IMG/VR virus record: IMGVR_UViG_3300029288_005873
Location: 352,001-416,000 of that record
DNA length: 64,000 bases
From: a virus
Lineage: Duplodnaviria > Caudoviricetes
Reading direction: 5' to 3' (one strand)
A program made the translations under genes and the position numbers. This document shows, piece after piece, positions 28,867-37,203 of this stretch (its first letter is position 1; every line of letters begins with the position of its first letter). The notes beneath the pieces were generated by a model. The model searched no databases. It was given only the letters and a program-made list of their open reading frames with translations, and was not told the DNA's origin.

Positions 28867-29652
28867 TTACTTGCTTTTTGAGGTTAGCGGTCCACTTTTT
28901 CCAGGACCATGTTCAGGACCCGGCTCATCCAGATATTTCTTGTCGACTTTATCCAAAGCTGTACGGATGGCATATTCTTCAGCCTTGTCACCCTTAAGAC
29001 CCTTGTCCTTCTTAGCGGTCTCTAAAGCACTTTTGTAGGTCTTAGAGAACTTTTCCCCTTCTTTCTTACTCTTTTTGTTGAGGAAAGATACCCACTCAGA
29101 ATGGCTACGACCCTTCTTGGCCTTCTTCTTCGCTTCGGCAACAATTGGACGCTGACCAGAAAGTTTCTGAAGTGCCTCGTCGAGTACCTGCGCAACCTTC
29201 GTAAAACCAACCCTGTCAAGAGCATCAGCCAGCTTTACTACATGTCCGATGGCAAAATCTATAGCAATCGCCAAACCAGCATCTGCGCACTGCGGGCATC
29301 CGTCCTCAGCCTCAACATGTTCTGGGCATCCATCTTCAGCTTTCTGGGGCACAGACTCAAGAGCTGCTTGTTTGTCCTCAGAATATTCAATCATCGGCGT
29401 GAAATCATTGTGCTCTTTGCCGAGCGCAGTTGCGCCTTCAGAACCCGCAGCCAGCCATTTGTTGTGAATAGCTGCCGCCTCTGGCTGAGTTTTTGCAGCA
29501 TCCATTTCCGCCTTAAAAGCCTGCGACGCAGGTCCTTTTGTCCACCATGCGTCTTCTGCCTTTTTGTATAGTCCAACAAAATCCTCGTCTTTAAGCTTGG
29601 CATTAAAGGCTGAAGCAATCTCGTCTGAGCAATAATGCTTGAGTGTGGTCAT
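28867..29652 (-). CDS. Putative internal head protein (start revised to MTTLKH)
   Basis: SDEI N-motif, helical tag, Lys-rich C-terminus. Confidence 0.6.
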   Translation of the reverse strand: MTTLKHYCSDEIASAFNAKLKDEDFVGLYKKAEDAWWTKGPASQAFKAEMDAAKTQPEAAAIHNKWLAAGSEGATALGKEHNDFTPMIEYSEDKQAALESVPQKAEDGCPEHVEAEDGCPQCADAGLAIAIDFAIGHVVKLADALDRVGFTKVAQVLDEALQKLSGQRPIVAEAKKKAKKGRSHSEWVSFLNKKSKKEGEKFSKTYKSALETAKKDKGLKGDKAEEYAIRTALDKVDKKYLDEPGPEHGPGKSGPLTSKSK

Positions 29653-29677
29653 CTCACCAGTCCTCCATTGGGTTTCT

Positions 29678-30139
29678 TTACATTGACGGCTTGAAAGTCG
29701 GGCATTTTGCCAGACAGTCAAGCCGAGCCCTCATGAAGGAATCCTCAGCCTCCAGAAAGGGCGCAAAACGCTTATACACGCCATTTACCGCCTGGCAATC
29801 CCCAGGCTCAATTCCTTTGAGAGCTTCAGTAAAATCGTCATACGCAGACGCCGATTTTACTATAGTAAACAGAGCTGGAAGATTGCCAAGTTGCCTAATA
29901 GCACTATCCAGCATGTCGGCAACCGCTGTAAATCCAGCCGAATCCATATTGTCCGACAACTTGACCAAATATTCGCCTACTTGGCTCAAAGCTTGCCCGA
30001 TTTTAGTATTTGCTTGTTTGGCAGCAAATTCAAAAGCCAAGGCTAACCTATCTTCTTGTACCTTATCGGTAGAACTAGGGAAGCCTAGCCTTTCAGCCAT
30101 CGCAGCAGTGATCTCGTCAGAAACACATGATTGGCTCAT
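29678..30139 (-). CDS. Putative internal head protein, paralog of the next gene (start revised to MSQSCV)
   Basis: SDEI N-motif; LVKLSDNMDSAGFTAVADMLD tag; ATGA coupling. Confidence 0.6.
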   Translation of the reverse strand: MSQSCVSDEITAAMAERLGFPSSTDKVQEDRLALAFEFAAKQANTKIGQALSQVGEYLVKLSDNMDSAGFTAVADMLDSAIRQLGNLPALFTIVKSASAYDDFTEALKGIEPGDCQAVNGVYKRFAPFLEAEDSFMRARLDCLAKCPTFKPSM

Positions 30140-30327
30140 TTTTTCCTCGGCGGTTGACGTACCATATGCCTTACGCGCAACATGTGGACACGTCGTGGCT
30201 TCAATCCGCACATCTCATAGATGACTTCAAGTTCTTCGTCCGTGACCCCTAATTCCGTAAGACACGCAAACTCAGCCTCAAGCTCCTGACGGAGCGTCTT
30301 TACAATATCTGGCATGATCGAATCCAT
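30136..30327 (-). CDS. Small hypothetical protein
   Basis: Fills the gap after the terminator; start uncertain. Confidence 0.35.
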   Translation of the reverse strand: MDSIMPDIVKTLRQELEAEFACLTELGVTDEELEVIYEMCGLKPRRVHMLRVRHMVRQPPRKK

Positions 30328-30330
30328 AAG

Positions 30331-30365
30331 GAAAAAGGCGCCCCAGGGATAAACCTGGGGCGCCT
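30331..30365 (-). terminator. Rho-independent terminator after the protease/scaffold gene
   Basis: AGGCGCCCCAGG-loop-CCTGGGGCGCCTTTTT. Confidence 0.85.
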
Positions 30366-30371
30366 CGAACA

Positions 30372-33300
30372 CTACTTCCTTCTAGGTACCCAAAGGCGGT
30401 TAAGCTGATCGGGAAGATCTACCCTCTCTGGCTCTTCCTCTCTAATGCCAACCTGTACCGCTGATTCGGACTTAGAAGCGGTCTTTACCGTACCAGTCGT
30501 ACGGGACAGTGCGCGTTTGAAAGCCTCAAAAGAAGGCTCGTCAAACTTCATGATGTCATCGACCTGCTTGTTCATGACGTCACGTCCCCTGCTAATAAGA
30601 CCCTTCTCCTGCATGTCAAGTGCCAGGTCAACGGCGCGACGAAGCTTCAGTCTATAAGACTCTGCTTCAGCAGCTGCCTTCTTCTGGGCAAATTCCTTAG
30701 TCAGGTCCTGACCAAACTGCTTGCTCGCCGGATCGCCCTCGCCGAAATACTGTTTCCAATACTTCGCAGCTTCTGGGTCAACAGCTAGCGCCTTCAGCTT
30801 AGCATCATCAGACAGGTCGGCTACCGAAAGCTTACCAGACTTGAGCAAATCACCTAGCTTAGCAGCAGCTTCGCGAACCTTCGGCAAGGTCTCGACCTGC
30901 CTCATAATTTTTGCTTTAATCTCGTCGATTCCCTCGACATGCGCACCCTCGTCGGAGGGCTTGGTGTCAAGATTTCCAAGAGTCGTGCCGCGCTGCGGAT
31001 GCGCCTTGGGAACCATATCGGTATCCATATCAGTCGCTGGCTCCAGCTTCAGCTGATACTTGGAACCGATTTCGGCTGCGATCTTCTCGCGCCTTGCGCG
31101 CCTGCTGGCAACATCGGAAATCTTGGGTTCAGCAACTGGTTCCTCAGCAGGCTTTTCCTCATCTAGCTGACCGAGCAGTTCTGCCACCAAACGCTCCTCG
31201 TCGTCGCCCGCATCGGCATACTGTACACCGTCATCGCCGTCATTGAGTTCCTTCATGTCGATATCCTCAAGCTCTTCAACCAGACCCTCAATTTCCTCGT
31301 GGATCTCGTGCTCCTTCTCCTCCATATCTTTCTCTTTCTCATCAATCGCAAGGCGAACAAGTTCGCGCCTCTTTGCAGCACGAGCCTTCAGCATCTTCTC
31401 CAGGACTAGTTCGGCTTCGGACTTCTTCTCTTTCTTGTCCTTCTTGTCCTCTTTGCCGTCACCCTCATCTTCATCCTCTTTATCTTCTTTATCTTCCTTC
31501 TCTTTCTTACCCTTCTTATCTTTCTTGTCGCCCTTCTTATCCTCTTTATCTTCCTTCTCATCTTCCTTCTTATCCTTCTTCTCTTTCTTGTCCTTCTTTC
31601 CTTCCTTCTCCTCAAGAGCCTTCTTTAGCCCTTCTGGCATACCTTTCTTAGCTTCAATGACCAAAGCCGCTTCGCGACGAATCTCAGCATTTGCCTCAAG
31701 CGATTCAGCAGCTAGCTTCAGCAGCTCATCCATCTCAGCCCCAGAAACTAGCCCAGCTTCAATCCTCTTTCCGAGCACCTCAGAAAGGATAGCAAGCTCG
31801 TCACCACTGTCATCAAGTTCGGCACAAATGACAGAAGCGGTCTTGGTCTCGCCATCACCAACCTCGATTGGGGGAAGTTCTTCCTTTCCACCCTCACCAG
31901 TCTTGCCCTCTTCCTTGAGGATCTCCTTCAGATCGCCGAAGGCCTTTTCAGTCTCAGCAAGAGCTTCCTCGACCCTATTTGTGGTCGCCTCTGCTCCAGG
32001 CTTCTCCTCATCCTTTGGCGGTTCAATCGGAGGCATAGGTCCAGCAGGTGGAACCGGAGGCTCTGCTGCCGTAACCGTTTTACCAGTGAGGATATATGTC
32101 GTCTTTTCGAGACCATTGTTCCTGATCTCTGCCATAATACGCTTACCATAGTCCTCAGACTTCAGGTGATTCCAATAGTCCTCACGAGCAAGGTCCTCGC
32201 CATAGATTTCATCCCCAGTGGCGCTAAGAACGAGCTTATCACCAGCGTATACATCCCAATGGGCTTTCTGTCTATCGGGGGATCCAGACTTGGTACGCGG
32301 GAATTTGAACTCGGCGCGAAGCAGCTTCTGCTTCAGGGCAAGGTCATTACCAGCAAGACCGTCGTTTCCTGGCTCCATTCCCTCGCCTACCATCTGCTTA
32401 TCCTGTGTATCACGGATCTTATCCGAGTCCTCTTTCGGATAGGTTTGCGGCTCATTTACACCACCGCCTCCCTGGAAATATGCCATCGACTCGAGACCCT
32501 CGTCTTCGACAGCCTGGACAACAGGCTTACCATCTGGTCCCTTGGTTACAGAAACCTTGGTACCATCCTTCAATGTAAAGGTCTCAGCCTCGCCCTTGAC
32601 AAGCAACGCATGTCGGCGAAGTCGGCGCTCCTCTAGCTGAGCACGAGACAGCTTCTGCTTGATGGCGAGGTCGTTACCAGCAAGACCATCGCTACCAGGC
32701 TCCATTCCCTCGCCTACCATCTGCTTATCCTGTGTATCACGGATCTTATCCGAGTCCTCTTTCGGATACACCTGCGGGTCGTTCACTCCGCCTCCACCCT
32801 GGTGGTAAGCGTTCTTCTCGAATGCCGCGCGACGGGCGCGAGCCCTTTCCTTCAGATCGGACATGTTCTTTTCCTCCTTCTGTGGTGTCCTGTTTGCTGC
32901 CGCCTGGATGCTCAGGAGAGCGCCATGCATGTCGTCAAGTCTGCTCGACACTGCCGCAATCTGCGCCTCCAGGCTTCCGCTGGCAAGACGGGTCTCTCGC
33001 CCGTCAAGGGACCATGGGGGAGGTCCGCTGGACTCCGGATCCTCCGTATATGTCTGTCCACGACCCCCCGTCATATTCTTATTTCCTGCAAGCCCGTAGG
33101 GCGGCTCTACTTCTCCGCCTTCAGGGTTGTCCTCAACATGTTCAACTTCTTTTCCTTCAACATTTGATCCATCTTCAGCCGCTGGCGTTTCAAGCTTGGT
33201 TAGTTCTTCAGGCGTCATATTTCCGCCAAGCATTTCCTCCAATCTCTTGTTAGCCTTATTCTTTACGTCGGCAGATACATTCGGCGCATTTAGCAGGTCA

Positions 33301-34241
33301 ATCAGCGAACGAAAATTCGCACCTTGTCTTGGGTCCATGGCTGCCATGGCGTGAATCTTAGACACTGCGCCAACCTGATTACGTATAGCATCAATTTCGG
33401 CACGCAAACTATCAAGCTCTGCTGGAGTAACACAACCCGCCCGCTGAAGCTCTTCGATCCTTGCTTGCTTCTGCTGCGCATAACTGTTTAGACTGGCAAT
33501 TATGTGGCGAAGCTTGGCGCGCGGATCTGCTCCAGTAACAACTAAACTCAATTCAATCGGAGATAGTTCGATATTTATCTCTCCATATGTTCGTCTACTA
33601 CGCACACACGGACAGTATTCAGACTCTACTTTAGCAACATTTCCGCACTCAAAACAGATGGATTTGCCAACTGCCGTACCCATACTGACATTTGTCGCAT
33701 AACCACTTTCAACTTTGCGCGCCAAATCAGGATAGTTTTTCTTATCCAAGGCACATAGTGCAATTACTCTTTTACGTTTATTATCATAATACGTATCGAG
33801 GATAAGACCACGCACACCATCAACTGTGCTGCTTTGATGATCTTGGCACAAAGGTTTGCCAACCCAGAGACGATAGGCTTTCTTCAATTCAGATTCAGCG
33901 AAAATGTCCCCGTTGTTATTTTTCGCTGGTTTTATATTTGAATCAGAACATTTCCATTTCCAAGAACCAGTTTTTGGATTAATTTCCCACTCAGATGTCA
34001 AAGGTTTACCATCTTTTCCAAGAATAGGTTCTCCCGTATCCTGATTAATCAATATGGACTCTGCCGCATGCATCATCACACAACTAAAATATGTGAAATC
34101 ATTAGCCTTTGGAGCAATAGCCTTTAGATCTTTGGCATATTTTGTAAACCTTTCAAGCAAAACGGCATCGGAGAGAACCTTTTCAGGCGAATGAATTTCC
34201 TCCAATGTAAACTGCGAATCAGCATACTTCAAAAAAACCAT
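30372..34241 (-). CDS. Prohead protease fused to a long scaffold region
   Basis: NNNGDIF...GKPLCQDH...GLILD...VSMGT...CFEC...C.C...EIN...IELSLV..GAD (HK97/herpes-type protease motifs), followed by coiled-coil and K/E/D-rich scaffold. Confidence 0.85.
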   Translation of the reverse strand: MVFLKYADSQFTLEEIHSPEKVLSDAVLLERFTKYAKDLKAIAPKANDFTYFSCVMMHAAESILINQDTGEPILGKDGKPLTSEWEINPKTGSWKWKCSDSNIKPAKNNNGDIFAESELKKAYRLWVGKPLCQDHQSSTVDGVRGLILDTYYDNKRKRVIALCALDKKNYPDLARKVESGYATNVSMGTAVGKSICFECGNVAKVESEYCPCVRSRRTYGEINIELSPIELSLVVTGADPRAKLRHIIASLNSYAQQKQARIEELQRAGCVTPAELDSLRAEIDAIRNQVGAVSKIHAMAAMDPRQGANFRSLIDLLNAPNVSADVKNKANKRLEEMLGGNMTPEELTKLETPAAEDGSNVEGKEVEHVEDNPEGGEVEPPYGLAGNKNMTGGRGQTYTEDPESSGPPPWSLDGRETRLASGSLEAQIAAVSSRLDDMHGALLSIQAAANRTPQKEEKNMSDLKERARARRAAFEKNAYHQGGGGVNDPQVYPKEDSDKIRDTQDKQMVGEGMEPGSDGLAGNDLAIKQKLSRAQLEERRLRRHALLVKGEAETFTLKDGTKVSVTKGPDGKPVVQAVEDEGLESMAYFQGGGGVNEPQTYPKEDSDKIRDTQDKQMVGEGMEPGNDGLAGNDLALKQKLLRAEFKFPRTKSGSPDRQKAHWDVYAGDKLVLSATGDEIYGEDLAREDYWNHLKSEDYGKRIMAEIRNNGLEKTTYILTGKTVTAAEPPVPPAGPMPPIEPPKDEEKPGAEATTNRVEEALAETEKAFGDLKEILKEEGKTGEGGKEELPPIEVGDGETKTASVICAELDDSGDELAILSEVLGKRIEAGLVSGAEMDELLKLAAESLEANAEIRREAALVIEAKKGMPEGLKKALEEKEGKKDKKEKKDKKEDEKEDKEDKKGDKKDKKGKKEKEDKEDKEDEDEGDGKEDKKDKKEKKSEAELVLEKMLKARAAKRRELVRLAIDEKEKDMEEKEHEIHEEIEGLVEELEDIDMKELNDGDDGVQYADAGDDEERLVAELLGQLDEEKPAEEPVAEPKISDVASRRARREKIAAEIGSKYQLKLEPATDMDTDMVPKAHPQRGTTLGNLDTKPSDEGAHVEGIDEIKAKIMRQVETLPKVREAAAKLGDLLKSGKLSVADLSDDAKLKALAVDPEAAKYWKQYFGEGDPASKQFGQDLTKEFAQKKAAAEAESYRLKLRRAVDLALDMQEKGLISRGRDVMNKQVDDIMKFDEPSFEAFKRALSRTTGTVKTASKSESAVQVGIREEEPERVDLPDQLNRLWVPRRK
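32315..32810 (-). repeat. Internal tandem duplication (about 57 aa x2) in the scaffold
   Basis: 71-bp identical core at 32371-32441 and 32698-32768; peptide Y[HF]QGGGGVN[DE]PQ.YPKEDSDKIRDTQDKQMVGEGMEPG.DGLAGNDLA. Confidence 0.95.
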
Positions 34242-34341
34242 TTGATTCCTCCAGAACTTTTGCCTTTTCGCAAATTCTCCTTGGCAGGAAGCCGTTGGTG
34301 GTTATCAGCGCGAAAGCAATCCTTATTTAGTCACAAAATAC

Positions 34342-34503
34342 TTAATTCTTTCCTTTCTCCGTATCTGTTGGAATCTCGACCACATTCGGCAGATCTTGCT
34401 CCTCAGTATGGTCGATGATTTCTTTGACAACTTCATCCATATCAGCAAACACGTGTTCAATTGCGCAATCATCGTCGCCATCAGCATTTTTAATAAATCC
34501 CAT
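34342..34503 (-). CDS. Small acidic protein (53 aa; below the ORF-track cutoff)
   Basis: MGFIKNADGDDDCAIEHVFADMDEVV...; GGAGG SD; N-terminus resembles the protease N-terminus MVFLKYAD. Confidence 0.6.
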   Translation of the reverse strand: MGFIKNADGDDDCAIEHVFADMDEVVKEIIDHTEEQDLPNVVEIPTDTEKGKN

Positions 34504-34504
34504 A

Positions 34505-35104
34505 CTAGCCTCCCAGCATTGCTATGAGGCGCGCTCGGCGTCTCATACCTAGTCCTAATCCTAGGGCACTAATTTTTTGGCGTTTCAATATATTCTTTTC
34601 AAAATGATCACGCAGTCGACCTTTGATCACGGATTCAATGCCCTGCGAAATCTGTTTAATTTTCTGAAACAGCGTCTTCAATCTTTGGATCTGATCAGGA
34701 GCATTGAAGTCCTCGAAAGCTTCCATATATGCTTCAACAACACCAGATAACTGCTGCATAGTGTCGATAAGACCGTCGCGCATACGCCCTGTATCGGTGT
34801 CCTTCACAAATGGATTCAAAGTAGAAATCGCATTGGAGAAAACTGGAAGCAGAGTCGTAAAATGCTGCCGTACCTCATCCCTGAATCTGCGTATCAAATG
34901 ACGTATGGAGAACAACTGTTCAGGAGCGGCATCGGGCGTTTTGGACAGAATATCCATAAGTCTTTCACTATGTTGCTGGGCTGCCCATAGTCGTTGAAGG
35001 AATCCACCAAAAGCAGATAGGGCAGACTTAGCCGCTTGCTTCTCCTCTTCGGAGAAGGGTATAGACCTTGGAGTTTGCCATGCTTGGCGATAAGGAGATC
35101 CCAT
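34505..35104 (-). CDS. Hypothetical helical protein
   Basis: Long ORF directly downstream of promoter-motif copy 4. Confidence 0.65.
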   Translation of the reverse strand: MGSPYRQAWQTPRSIPFSEEEKQAAKSALSAFGGFLQRLWAAQQHSERLMDILSKTPDAAPEQLFSIRHLIRRFRDEVRQHFTTLLPVFSNAISTLNPFVKDTDTGRMRDGLIDTMQQLSGVVEAYMEAFEDFNAPDQIQRLKTLFQKIKQISQGIESVIKGRLRDHFEKNILKRQKISALGLGLGMRRRARLIAMLGG

Positions 35105-35113
35105 GTCATGCTA

Positions 35114-35136
35114 ATGCTGAATTATTGATAGATTTT
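35114..35136 (-). promoter_or_regulatory. Putative late promoter motif, copy 4
   Basis: AAAATC TATCAATA ATTCA GCAT. Confidence 0.7.
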
Positions 35137-35164
35137 GGGGACTTGGTATAGGATTGCGGGAGGT

Positions 35165-35773
35165 TTACTGACCCAAGGTTCCGTAATTGCTAAAGAATGG
35201 TTCCAATACAAAACCTTGGTTCATATTGGAAAGAAGACCGTCTTCCTGGAGTCCAACAGCTCCAGCCATAAAGTCGCCATCTTCATTCATCTGGAGGACG
35301 CCCCCTGGGGTAAGAGGAAGAAGACGACATGCGCAGTTACCATTAGTACACACCCCAGAACCAGGAAGACCCTCTTCTCTCCATTGACGCAATGTGCGCA
35401 TTCGTCCTTGACGGTCACCACATTCCTGACAGGAATTGGGAAACCTGTTACAAAACCAAAGAAAAAGGCGTTCATCTACGGGACCAGATTGTTTTCGACG
35501 AATCATATCATCCAGGCGGTCACCAGCAGCATTATCATATTTGTTGGCTGCTCCAGAATCGTTTTTCTTTTTGGAAAAAAGTTGCTTCAGATGTTCATAT
35601 TTTTTGCGCAACCAAGAAGAAAGTTTCGACCATTCCGCCGCATGTCGGATAAGACAATCGACAAAATCAGCCTCTCGTAACAGACCACGCTTGTCAAATT
35701 CATCTGCAAGACGCATAAGAGCAAATAGCTCGGTCATCGACCGCCTCCAGGATATCCTGTTGGTATCGAGCAT
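35165..35773 (-). CDS. Protein with helical tag and a MuF/SPP1-gp7-like Cys cluster
   Basis: SCQEC..RQG......W...GLPG...C..NCACRL; start probably MTELFAL. Confidence 0.55.
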   Translation of the reverse strand: MLDTNRISWRRSMTELFALMRLADEFDKRGLLREADFVDCLIRHAAEWSKLSSWLRKKYEHLKQLFSKKKNDSGAANKYDNAAGDRLDDMIRRKQSGPVDERLFLWFCNRFPNSCQECGDRQGRMRTLRQWREEGLPGSGVCTNGNCACRLLPLTPGGVLQMNEDGDFMAGAVGLQEDGLLSNMNQGFVLEPFFSNYGTLGQ

Positions 35774-37203
35774 ATAGAAAATGGAGAAAGAATAGTATCA
35801 ATTCCACTGTCATAGGACATACTGTCAGTGGTATAATGTAAGTCAGACGGAGTTGGCTCAAGCAAGTTCTGTTCAGCATGCGGCTCAATTTCAGCAAGCA
35901 TGCGACGCATTGCGGCAGTATCAACTGGAGGGTGTCTATGAGTATGTGGATCGTGCTGGCATGTTTCCGTAAACCTATCAATCATATGTGGAAAACGATC
36001 TTTGAATCCGAAACTTTTTGCTTCAGCATAAGCAAGGTCACAGGGCCAGCCACTTTCAGTGCGATATCGTGCAACCACACCACCCGTACGATCTGCGCCA
36101 TGTCTACAATGTACAAAAGCTGGTACCTCGTGTAGAAATCCAAAAATGTTAGGAGTAAGAACTTCCCAACCCTTATCTTCTGGACGTCCATCAGACAGTA
36201 GAGCATGGACGTGATGTATACCAAGTTTTCGGCACCAATCAGCAAGCTCAGGCATGTCGTCATTAAGTGTAACGATACGACGTACACCTAATTTATCACG
36301 CATTGCAGCAAGTTGTTCAATATTATCTGGTTGTCTGCCACGATATAGACCATTGGAGACTTTTGCAAAATTCCTTGGGAATTCATGATATGGATCCATG
36401 CGTGCTCTAAGTAATGCTATCGTCGGATCATCTAACATACCATTAGGCTCCAGAAAATTCATTTCCTGCCAACGGGCAAGATCCATATCAAATTCTGGCA
36501 TTGACGGTATGCGCCCAATCGTTCCAATAATATGACCTAGGCATCTAGCAACATCCCTTCGTCGTACAGCAGAAAGGTTATGCTTACGCGCAACATCAAG
36601 CGCTAATACAACTGGTACGCTTCCCTGCCTAAGAATTCTCAATCCGTCGCGAATAGCTCCTGCTACATTTCCTGCTGCAATCTTTGCGGTAAAAGCAAGA
36701 TCAGGTTCACCCATTGGAGCATTGGGCATAAATTTTTGCCTAATGCTGTCTAACTGGATGGCAGCATGTACAACATCAGGATACACTTTCCTTAAAGTTT
36801 CTCTAGCCTTAGCCTCTGCTTCAGACTCTCCAAGAAAAGGTGTAGCACCTGGGGAAATTGGACGTTCGGGTCCAATATGTCCACTCTCATGAGCTAAAAC
36901 CTCAACTATTGCGCGTTCAAGCGCGCTAGAAAAATCAGCAAGAGTGGGTTTGGCTCCTGCGGACTGTTCTCGAACCATTTGCTCTATTCGACCTTTGAAT
37001 AAATGAATTTCTTGCGGGTCATGCCCCTTCCCCGACTGGACATGACCGAGTTCTCCCCCACCACCAGAATGGACGATTATTTTACGAACACGAGAAAGTA
37101 GTCCTGGATCCCTCATCTTTATGCGCGACACAGCCTGCTGGACAGCTGGATCCAATGGTTCAATCACAACATCCATGGCACGTTTACTAATGGGGAGTTT
37201 CAT
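35734..37203 (-). CDS. Multidomain protein: HExxH domain, PG-binding-like segment, Tyr/dual-specificity phosphatase
   Basis: LAHESGH; WQEMNFLEPNGMLDDPT; NFAKV..GLYRG.QP and VHCRHGADRTG (CX5R). Confidence 0.85.
   Translation of the reverse strand: MKLPISKRAMDVVIEPLDPAVQQAVSRIKMRDPGLLSRVRKIIVHSGGGGELGHVQSGKGHDPQEIHLFKGRIEQMVREQSAGAKPTLADFSSALERAIVEVLAHESGHIGPERPISPGATPFLGESEAEAKARETLRKVYPDVVHAAIQLDSIRQKFMPNAPMGEPDLAFTAKIAAGNVAGAIRDGLRILRQGSVPVVLALDVARKHNLSAVRRRDVARCLGHIIGTIGRIPSMPEFDMDLARWQEMNFLEPNGMLDDPTIALLRARMDPYHEFPRNFAKVSNGLYRGRQPDNIEQLAAMRDKLGVRRIVTLNDDMPELADWCRKLGIHHVHALLSDGRPEDKGWEVLTPNIFGFLHEVPAFVHCRHGADRTGGVVARYRTESGWPCDLAYAEAKSFGFKDRFPHMIDRFTETCQHDPHTHRHPPVDTAAMRRMLAEIEPHAEQNLLEPTPSDLHYTTDSMSYDSGIDTILSPFSICSIPTGYPGGGR

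Noticed and set aside
31243-32151. 302-aa Ser/Phe-rich plus-strand ORF (and similar ones at 50316, 51225 and 51731)
   Set aside because: Reverse-complement artefacts of K/E/D-rich minus-strand genes.
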